A stretch of DNA of 18,072 nucleotides from an uncultured Bacilli bacterium (lineage in GTDB: Bacteria > Bacillota_I > Bacilli_A > RF39 > UBA660): NCBI GenBank assembly GCA_947586655.1, contig CANPXR010000018.1, forward strand, positions 1-18,072, written 5' to 3'. The notes under the pieces were generated by a model, which was not told where the DNA came from, did not search any database, and worked only from the letters and a program-made list of their open reading frames with translations. This document shows positions 1 through 5,963 of the stretch, in pieces; the first letter of the stretch is position 1; every line of letters starts with the position of its first letter. The position numbers were made by a program, and so were the translations under genes.

Positions 1-138
1 CTAGAAGAGCAAGCAAAATCATTAGATGACTTAACTATTGGTTATACTGATGTCACTTTTGTTGATGATGGCGACTATGAAATAAGAACGGAGAGTACTA
101 AAACTCCTAAAAACTTAAAAAATAGGTCTAGAAATTAG
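1..138 (+). CDS. 3' end of an unidentified convergent CDS (partial, enters from the left edge)
   Basis: Frame +1 is open from base 1 to TAG at 136-138 (LEEQAKSLDDLTIGYTDVTFVDDGDYEIRTESTKTPKNLKNRSRN*). It ends inside the shared terminator hairpin. Only 45 codons are visible and no family is recognisable. Confidence 0.3.
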   Translation, partial: LEEQAKSLDDLTIGYTDVTFVDDGDYEIRTESTKTPKNLKNRSRN

Positions 139-149
139 ACCTATTTTTT
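117..149. terminator. Bidirectional intrinsic terminator between convergent genes
   Basis: Perfect 9-bp stem ATAGGTCTA (122-130) / TAGACCTAT (136-144) with loop GAAAT. It is flanked by an A6 run (117-122) and a T6 run (144-149), so each strand reads hairpin plus U-tract. The trxB stop (128-130) and the plus-strand ORF stop (136-138) lie in opposite arms. Confidence 0.7.
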
Positions 150-1048
150 ATTGATTTAATTATGCTTGTTGCGGCTAAGGCGCCTTCACTAGTTGCCGTT
201 ACAACTTGATATAAATCTTTACTTACCACATCTCCACAAGCATACACATTACCTATGCTTGTTTTCATATTGCTATCAACTAATATTCCCTTACTATCTG
301 TTTTAAGCATTAATTTTTCGTAGTATGCATCATTTCTTTCTTGTCCTATGCAAACAAACACTGCGTCTATATCTAACGTAGTTCCACTATCTAATTTTAT
401 TTTGGATACCCCATCATCCGTTCCTATTACTTCCAATACTTTACTATTATAAATTATTTGTACGTTCTTTTTTGTAATAACGTCACGTTGTTCTTTTTCA
501 TCCGCCCTTAAAACAGAAGAACGGTTAATAACGTAAACTTTACCTGCTAAATCACTCATGTATAGGGCGGATTCCATGGCTGAATTTCCACCACCAATTA
601 TAGCAACCACCTTATTTTTATATAAAGCCCCATCGCAAACGGTACAATATGAAATCCCCTTGCCTTCATATTTTTGAGCGTTTAATGCATCTAGTTTTCT
701 CGGTATTTTACCACTTGCTATGACTATATATTCCGCGCTATAAATATTACTTTCTGTAATTACACTATAATTTTTATCTTCCCTTTTAATACTCACTACT
801 TTTTCTGTCTTAAAAGGAACGTCAAGTTCCTCTACTTGACTATACATTCTAAAAGCAAGCGTTGGACCATCACCATCAACATACCCTGGATAATTTTCTA
901 TTTTATGAGTTATGTTTAAATTACCACCCGGAGAATTAGATTCTAAAATTAATGGAGTTATGCCAGCCCTTTTTAAATATATAGCCGCCGCAAGTCCCCC
1001 TGGACCTGCTCCTATTATAATAACGTCATAATTAGAATATGATTTCAT
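128..1048 (-). CDS. trxB: Thioredoxin-disulfide reductase (low-Mr TrxR family)
   Basis: FAD motif GAGPGG, redox CxxC (CTVCDG), second dinucleotide motif GGGNSA and C-terminal GDV motif. Start moved to the ATG at 1048 (MKSYSNYDVIIIGAG), which follows GAGGTG. The ORF-track start at 1072 adds MLMRWPKK. Confidence 0.9.
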   Translation of the reverse strand: MKSYSNYDVIIIGAGPGGLAAAIYLKRAGITPLILESNSPGGNLNITHKIENYPGYVDGDGPTLAFRMYSQVEELDVPFKTEKVVSIKREDKNYSVITESNIYSAEYIVIASGKIPRKLDALNAQKYEGKGISYCTVCDGALYKNKVVAIIGGGNSAMESALYMSDLAGKVYVINRSSVLRADEKEQRDVITKKNVQIIYNSKVLEVIGTDDGVSKIKLDSGTTLDIDAVFVCIGQERNDAYYEKLMLKTDSKGILVDSNMKTSIGNVYACGDVVSKDLYQVVTATSEGALAATSIIKSIKNRSNF

Positions 1049-1841
1049 TTTCTTGGGCCACCTCATCAGCATAATTCTTACATTTTATTTTAGTAATTAT
1101 AAACATTATTATTCCTGCTGTAATCATAAATATTGAAAATATTTGTGCCATCTTTAGGCTACCTAACATTAAACTATCGGTCCTCATGGACTCAATGAAA
1201 AATCTAATCACACCGTACCATATTAGATACATGGCGGTAGTATTACCTAACTTTGTATTTTTTAAACCCCTAATACCAATCAAAACAAAGAAACCAATTA
1301 AACATAAAATAGACTCATAAAGAAACGTTGGATGGTAGTAATTGCCACCTATATGCATGCCATTAATGATAAATTTTGGTAAGTGTAACCTTTCTAAAAA
1401 TAATCTTGACACTACCCCACCATGAGCCTCTTTATTAAAGAAGTTTCCCCACCTTCCAATGGCTTGTGCCAAAATAACGCTTGGAGCAACAATATCAAGC
1501 ATTTTTAAAACGTTAACACCATACTTTTTACAATAAACAATTAAGGTTATTAAACCCGCAATTATTCCGCCATGGATAGCAAGACCGCCGTTCCATATTT
1601 TTATTATTTCAACTGGATACAAAGTATAATAATCTAAGTTAAATAATACATAATAAATTCTTGCACCAAGGATTCCAAATATAACGCACCAAAAAATAAG
1701 ATTTGTAACAAAACGGGTAGGAATATTATTTAATTTTGCTTCTTTATTTATTATTACACCCGCTAATATTATTCCTAAAAGAATACAAATAGAATACCAA
1801 GTTATTGAAATTGGACCAATATTAATAGCTATTTTACTCAT
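1032..1841 (-). CDS. lgt: Prolipoprotein diacylglyceryl transferase
   Basis: 269-aa polytopic membrane protein with Lgt hallmarks (ITWYSICI, GARIYYV, WNGGLAIHGG, GRWGNFFNKEAHG). The stop overlaps the trxB start by 17 nt. The start lies 1 nt after the stop of the upstream gene (TAA C ATG). Confidence 0.92.
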   Translation of the reverse strand: MSKIAINIGPISITWYSICILLGIILAGVIINKEAKLNNIPTRFVTNLIFWCVIFGILGARIYYVLFNLDYYTLYPVEIIKIWNGGLAIHGGIIAGLITLIVYCKKYGVNVLKMLDIVAPSVILAQAIGRWGNFFNKEAHGGVVSRLFLERLHLPKFIINGMHIGGNYYHPTFLYESILCLIGFFVLIGIRGLKNTKLGNTTAMYLIWYGVIRFFIESMRTDSLMLGSLKMAQIFSIFMITAGIIMFIITKIKCKNYADEVAQENEIIF

Positions 1842-1842
1842 G

Positions 1843-2280
1843 TTATTTTTTACACCTTTCTATAAGTGGTTTTATTATAAGACTCTCCATCAAAACGTTC
1901 ATTATACTTATGAATATTGATACAATAAAAGGGGATAGAAATCCAGTTAGATAAAAGTGTTTACCAAGAATTAATGATACAATTAAAAGGATAAAAACGT
2001 TTATTACAAAATAAAACAACCCAAGGGACATACCAATAAGAGGTAACGTAAATGTAACTAAAAATGGTTTTATGGTTTTGTTAAGAATATAAATTATAAT
2101 AGCTGCTAAAAAACCATATAAAATATTTTCTACGTACAGTGATCTAAATAAATTAGATGTTATTAGTAAAACTAGTGCATAGCCAAACATATATATAAGC
2201 CATTCTAAAAATACATTTAATCGGTATTCAATCTCTAGGTTTTTATTTTTTTTGTTATCATCTACCACAATTACTTTCAT
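1843..2280 (-). CDS. YvlD-like small membrane protein (phage holin family 4 / PF04020-like)
   Basis: 145 aa with four hydrophobic segments. The pattern LNKTIKPFLVTFTLPLIGMSLGLFYFVINVFILLIV is typical of the PF04020 family. GGTGA lies 4 nt before the ATG. Confidence 0.7.
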   Translation of the reverse strand: MKVIVVDDNKKNKNLEIEYRLNVFLEWLIYMFGYALVLLITSNLFRSLYVENILYGFLAAIIIYILNKTIKPFLVTFTLPLIGMSLGLFYFVINVFILLIVSLILGKHFYLTGFLSPFIVSIFISIMNVLMESLIIKPLIERCKK

Positions 2281-2295
2281 GTTATCACCGATTTA

Positions 2296-2304
2296 ATTAT
2301 ACCA
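2296..2304 (-). promoter_or_regulatory. Candidate extended -10 promoter (TGGTATAAT) for yvlD-like/lgt/trxB
   Basis: The minus strand reads ...GTTATGGTATAATTAAATCGGTGATAACATG. A TGnTATAAT element sits about 16 nt upstream of the ATG at 2280. The -35 region is weak. AT-rich background lowers specificity. Confidence 0.4.
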
Positions 2305-2308
2305 TAAC

Positions 2309-2330
2309 AACATTAATTTATATTAATGTT
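2309..2330. repeat. Perfect 9-bp inverted repeat AACATTAAT-N4-ATTAATGTT
   Basis: It lies 10 nt after the amidohydrolase stop and just upstream of the candidate -10. The stem is almost all A/T and has no U-tract on the minus strand. It could be a weak terminator or an operator. Confidence 0.4.
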
Positions 2331-2340
2331 TTTATTTATT

Positions 2341-3291
2341 TTAAGTAAGTTTGTAGAACTGCTTTGCGTTTTCTGATAATATTTTTTCACAATCACTATA
2401 TGTCCATGTGTTTCTTACTCTATCTAAAGAGTTATAATCAATGTTACCATGGCAGTCTACATTCCAATTATAATCTAAATCAAATAGTAATTTATCTGGA
2501 GATACAAGTTTTTTTAAAATATTAAGATATCCTAAAGAAAAATATTCATTTTTAGGAACACAAACTTTGTATGGATCAAGTGAAATATCAAGATCAGGTC
2601 CTAACCCAATCATTATATTTTCACTATTGTTTACTATTTTTATAGCCTCTTTATCTAAGCATGCACCGTGATTTAAAGTGCCTCTTAAGTTATTATCAAT
2701 TAAAAATTTAACCCATGAATTAGGACAACATTTATTTCTCCAGAACTTAGTTTCCACCCCATACCCGTCATCATAATTATAAACTGATGTATGTAGAATT
2801 ATTGGAACGTTATAAAATTTAAAAATTTCTATTAATTCCGGTTTAACATCTTCTTTAAAAAAACCACTACTAAAGCCATGAAATTTAATCGCCTTAGGTT
2901 TTGTTTCTTTTATTAAATTATCAACGTAATATGGTTCATCTAAGACGCCATGAATCATTGGAACAAAATGTATTTTTGTTTTTGTATTTGTTTTAGATAT
3001 CAAATCAAAGTAATATTTATTTACCTTTTCATACGGATTACATAATATATTTTCTTTTAATATTTTTCCTAAATAATTAACTTGTTTATAATAATATATT
3101 TTTTCGTAATTATCATGCTCCCACATTAAGGCACACGTACTATTATTTTTATCTTTTAAAACAGGCCAAGGCATCGGCATTAAAAGTCCAATATCAATCT
3201 TATTAAGTACGCAAAAGTCATCATAATCAAATAATGCCGATTCCCCAAAATAATAATCTTTCCCAATGTGACTATGTGCATCAATTATCAT
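2341..3291 (-). CDS. Metal-dependent TIM-barrel amidohydrolase (PF04909/Amidohydro_2-like)
   Basis: N-terminal MIIDAHSHIG (HxH metal motif), then later His and Asp residues (IHFVPMIHG, KFHGF, ILHTS, GPDLD). Start set at the ATG at 3291, preceded by GGGGGAATAAT. The ORF-track start at 3507 is an out-of-frame read-through of the peptide gene. Confidence 0.8.
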   Translation of the reverse strand: MIIDAHSHIGKDYYFGESALFDYDDFCVLNKIDIGLLMPMPWPVLKDKNNSTCALMWEHDNYEKIYYYKQVNYLGKILKENILCNPYEKVNKYYFDLISKTNTKTKIHFVPMIHGVLDEPYYVDNLIKETKPKAIKFHGFSSGFFKEDVKPELIEIFKFYNVPIILHTSVYNYDDGYGVETKFWRNKCCPNSWVKFLIDNNLRGTLNHGACLDKEAIKIVNNSENIMIGLGPDLDISLDPYKVCVPKNEYFSLGYLNILKKLVSPDKLLFDLDYNWNVDCHGNIDYNSLDRVRNTWTYSDCEKILSENAKQFYKLT

Positions 3292-3309
3292 ATTATTCCC
3301 CCATATTAG

Positions 3310-3337
3310 ATAAAAATAAGGACAAAACAAGTCCTTA
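3310..3337 (-). terminator. Hairpin plus U-tract directly after the precursor-peptide gene (likely leaky terminator/attenuator)
   Basis: The minus strand reads UAAGGAC-UUGUUUU-GUCCUUA followed by UUUUUAUC. The 7-bp stem (3 GC pairs) includes the peptide TAA stop. The amidohydrolase SD and ATG follow within about 20 nt. Confidence 0.6.
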
Positions 3338-3517
3338 TTTAATATAAATTTTTCTAACTTCTTTAATATTTTCGTTTTTATCTTTACATCCTTTACAAGT
3401 AGTATTGCAAGAGCCGACACCACCACCACATGCACAACTACTACATACTGAGGCATAAGTTTCCATTGAATTACGTAAAATTTTGTTTTTTGCCTCATTC
3501 TTGTCAAAAAATTTCAT
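3335..3517 (-). CDS. 60-aa cysteine-rich RiPP precursor-like peptide (six Cys within 20 residues)
   Basis: MKFFDKNEAKNKILRNSMETYASVCSSCACGGGVGSCNTTCKGCKDKNENIKEVRKIYIK. The SD is AAAGGAGGTGA, 5 nt before the ATG. The ATG overlaps the TGA of the rSAM gene (ATGA). A hairpin follows the stop. Confidence 0.75.
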   Translation of the reverse strand: MKFFDKNEAKNKILRNSMETYASVCSSCACGGGVGSCNTTCKGCKDKNENIKEVRKIYIK

Positions 3518-4860
3518 TGTCTCACCTCCTTTACTTTTTCAACACTATCTTTACTAATTAGATAACCACTTTTTAACAACCACCTTAACGTTTGTTTGGT
3601 GTGAATACAAAAAGGTTTATCTAGTGCCTGTCTACTTCCAAATAATGCCTCAGATTGAATGGCGCATCCACCACCACAAATGAATAAAGCTCCGCACCCT
3701 AAACATTTTTTATTGTTTAAAGTACACCGTTGTTTCCAAAATTTGATTTCATCAGAACATAATATTTTTTGTATTGAATCTTTATTAATGTTTCCTATTA
3801 CATATTTATCAGTTTTCAAGTATCCATGGCAAATACACACGTCTCCATTCGGCTTTATTGCTAATTGATTAGCTCCAATTGCCCCACAATCAGAAAATTT
3901 AAATTCGTTATTATAAAAACTGTCTATTTTTCTAATAATTCTTCCATCATATATATCGTTTTTAATTAAAATATTATGTGACTTAATAAGAAACTTACAA
4001 GCTCTTTTATAATAGTTTTCCCAATTACGATCATAATTGGTATAGTGGTATAAATTATAAAATATACTTTTTACTCCTAATTGTTTTAACCAAATAAGTA
4101 CTTTATCCTGATTGTCTAACAAATCCTCAGAAACCGTTATTGACAAACCATACTTACAGTTTTGAACATCAAGCATTGGAAATTTTTTTATCACCTCATC
4201 ATAAACACTTTTGTTACTAGTCCTATAAATTCTGTTTTTATCATTCAATTCTTTTGGTCCATCTATGGATACTCCTATTTCTACCTTATGCTTAGATAAA
4301 AATCTAATTTTTTCTTCGTCTAGTAAAGTAGCATTGGTAACCATTGAAAAATCAATTGGTGAATTTAATTCTACTGATTTATTTAAAATATATTTGATTA
4401 TTTCCCAATTTACTAAAGGTTCACCACCATAAAAAATAACCGAACCTCTTAATTTATTATCCTTTAAATAATTAGTATATTTAATTAAAGCACTTTGCGC
4501 TGTTTTTTTGGACATATTTACTTCTTTTTTATTGTTGAACTGACAATTTTCTATAAAACAATATTTACAACCTAAGTTACAAGCCGAGCTCAAAATAAAA
4601 TACATGATATTAATTTTCCCAGTTACTTTTTCATATCTATTTTTTACTATTTCTAAAGCTTGTTTATCCTTATGATAATCATCAACATAAATACCAATTT
4701 CTTTTAATTTTAATATTTCCTCTTGCGGTAGGTTAATATTTATTACATCATCATATTTCTTCTTATTTAAATAGACCACATCCATTATCAAAGAATTATA
4801 TATTGCATATAAATCTTTTTCTAATTTTACATGGTGAAAAAATTTAGATAGCATCATCAT
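3514..4860 (-). CDS. Radical SAM / SPASM-domain peptide maturase
   Basis: CNLGCKYC (CxxxCxxC) about 95 residues from the N-terminus, GGEPL motif, and a C-terminal SPASM signature CLGCGALFICGGGC (CX2CX5CX3C, nt 3664-3705) plus upstream Cys pairs. About 90 N-terminal residues precede the cluster motif, consistent with an RRE-like leader-binding domain. The start is ambiguous among GTG 4866 and ATG 4860/4857/4854. The SD AGGTGA (4863-4868) favours one of the ATGs. Confidence 0.9.
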   Translation of the reverse strand: MMMLSKFFHHVKLEKDLYAIYNSLIMDVVYLNKKKYDDVININLPQEEILKLKEIGIYVDDYHKDKQALEIVKNRYEKVTGKINIMYFILSSACNLGCKYCFIENCQFNNKKEVNMSKKTAQSALIKYTNYLKDNKLRGSVIFYGGEPLVNWEIIKYILNKSVELNSPIDFSMVTNATLLDEEKIRFLSKHKVEIGVSIDGPKELNDKNRIYRTSNKSVYDEVIKKFPMLDVQNCKYGLSITVSEDLLDNQDKVLIWLKQLGVKSIFYNLYHYTNYDRNWENYYKRACKFLIKSHNILIKNDIYDGRIIRKIDSFYNNEFKFSDCGAIGANQLAIKPNGDVCICHGYLKTDKYVIGNINKDSIQKILCSDEIKFWKQRCTLNNKKCLGCGALFICGGGCAIQSEALFGSRQALDKPFCIHTKQTLRWLLKSGYLISKDSVEKVKEVRQ

Positions 4861-5320
4861 AATCACCTAATTTATCTTCCATAATGATTTTACTTGTCTT
4901 AAAACCCATTTTTTCATAAAGTTTAATCGCCCGTAAGTTATCTTTACATACCTTTAATTCTAAGTAACTTAACCTATTACCTTTCGCCCACTTTTTAAAG
5001 CCATCTATAAGGGATTGTGCCACACCATTATTTCTAAATTCCTCTTCCACGTATAAAGCATCTAAAACCCCTACTTTTTTTATTTTAGAATCCCCGTTAT
5101 TTTGGATGTATCCATAAATGTAACCCACTATCTTTTTACTTTTTTTTGCGATTAAAAGGCACACGTCTTTATTATCAAAAAAATTTTCGTAAAGAGATTT
5201 TACAACGCAGTTTTCATTTATGTTCTTATCATATTTTTTTTCATCAACTATTAACTTCGTTAATAAATCATTTGCATCTAAAGCTAATTCATGATCTGCC
5301 TTGATTATATCTATGTTCAT
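4844..5320 (-). CDS. GNAT-family N-acetyltransferase
   Basis: About 158 aa with the acetyl-CoA motif A (LYVEEEFRNNGVAQSLI) and C-terminal LYEKMGF. Start set at the ATG at 5320, 5 nt after GGAGG. The ORF-track TTG at 5338 is unlikely. The 3' end overlaps the rSAM start region. Confidence 0.85.
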   Translation of the reverse strand: MNIDIIKADHELALDANDLLTKLIVDEKKYDKNINENCVVKSLYENFFDNKDVCLLIAKKSKKIVGYIYGYIQNNGDSKIKKVGVLDALYVEEEFRNNGVAQSLIDGFKKWAKGNRLSYLELKVCKDNLRAIKLYEKMGFKTSKIIMEDKLGDYDDAI

Positions 5321-5400
5321 ATTTGCCTCCACACTCAAATTATATATTTTAGATAGCGAAATATTTGTCGCTTATTATCTTACAAAATAGGTATATTCAT

Positions 5401-5817
5401 CTACGACTCTTTTATTTCTTCCACACCGAGGCAATAAGCAAATCTTATAAGCGTTTCTTTCTTCTTAATATAGTAATACCCTAAAGAAAAACCAAGGTTG
5501 TTAGCTATAAATCTATCATCATAATTATCTTCTTTATCAAGGTATGTCCAATATATAATTTTTCTTTCCTCAGTTGTTAATCTGTTAAAGGAGGATCTTA
5601 CGAGGTTAATGAAAACAACTCTATTTTTCAATTCATTATCATCCTTTTTCAAATAAATATTGTTATTTTGATAAGTATTTAACTGCTCTAATAAAAAGTT
5701 ATCATTTATCTTTGAATCTGATTTACTATCAACTGAAAGACTATAATAATTATATTTTTCTATTACTTCTTTTACGTTTTTCTTAGTTTTTGGCCAATCA
5801 ACACATGTCGTTTTCAT
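5401..5817 (-). CDS. ArpU-family (phage late-activator-like, sigma region-4-like) transcriptional regulator
   Basis: 138 aa. The N-terminal KTKKNVKEVIEKY and the C-terminal RLTTEERKIIYWTYL...IANNLGFSLGYYYIKKKETLIRFA match my recollection of the ArpU family layout. AAAGGAG lies 10 nt before the ATG. Confidence 0.65.
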   Translation of the reverse strand: MKTTCVDWPKTKKNVKEVIEKYNYYSLSVDSKSDSKINDNFLLEQLNTYQNNNIYLKKDDNELKNRVVFINLVRSSFNRLTTEERKIIYWTYLDKEDNYDDRFIANNLGFSLGYYYIKKKETLIRFAYCLGVEEIKES

Positions 5818-5894
5818 TTTGTAATAACTCCTTTCTTAATATATTTTATCATTTGCAAAGTTTAAAAAGTTAATCTTAAACTAACAAATAATTT

Positions 5895-5934
5895 ATAAAA
5901 AAATAAAGTAAAAGTTACATTAACCTCTACTTTA
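5895..5934 (-). terminator. Intrinsic terminator after uvrA
   Basis: The minus strand reads UAAAGUAGAGGUUA-AUG-UAACUUUUACUUUA (14-bp stem including two G-U pairs) followed by U7. It begins about 30 nt after the uvrA stop. Confidence 0.65.
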
Positions 5935-5963
5935 TTATTATCCGTTATTTTTAAAAACACTTG

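Noticed and set aside
1049-1072. ORF-track N-terminal extensions of trxB (MLMRWPKK), uvrA (MLKLVLEKVKY, 8778-8810) and the GNAT (TTG start, 5321-5338).
   Set aside because: In each case an internal ATG with a properly spaced SD coincides with the conserved family N-terminus. The extensions overlap upstream genes or spacers and have no SD.
3292-3507. N-terminal 72 codons of the 388-aa ORF (MTRMRQKTKFYVIQWKLMPQYVVVVHVVVV...), which make the amidohydrolase appear to overlap the whole peptide gene.
   Set aside because: This is an out-of-frame read-through of the Cys/Gly-rich peptide gene. It has no SD at 3507 and an implausible low-complexity sequence. Family homology begins only at MIIDAHSH, which has its own GGGGGA SD at the ATG at 3291.
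3335-3517. Calling the peptide a bona fide SCIFF (six cysteines in forty-five residues) ranthipeptide with its ScfB maturase.
   Set aside because: It does have six Cys and a roughly 450-aa SPASM maturase. However, the peptide is 60 aa, its Cys spacing differs from the SCIFF pattern I recall, it has a 16-residue follower, and it lies downstream rather than upstream of the maturase. I therefore keep it as an unassigned sacti/ranthipeptide-like family pending HMM searches.
3350-3534. The rSAM C-terminus (VKEVRQ*) and the peptide tail (IKEVRK) share a K-E-V-R motif, hinting at a duplication or recognition tag.
   Set aside because: Only four residues match and the codons differ. Lys/Glu-rich tails are common in this AT-rich genome, so this is most likely coincidence.
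5339-5400. A TATAAT at 5339-5344 and an imperfect inverted repeat (5355-5372) as a defined promoter/operator for the GNAT-rSAM-peptide genes.
   Set aside because: No acceptable -35 lies at 16-18 nt, and the TATAAT sits only 8 nt from the SD. The stem is only 5 bp, and A/T hexamers are frequent here. It is mentioned as a possible regulator target but not annotated as a feature.
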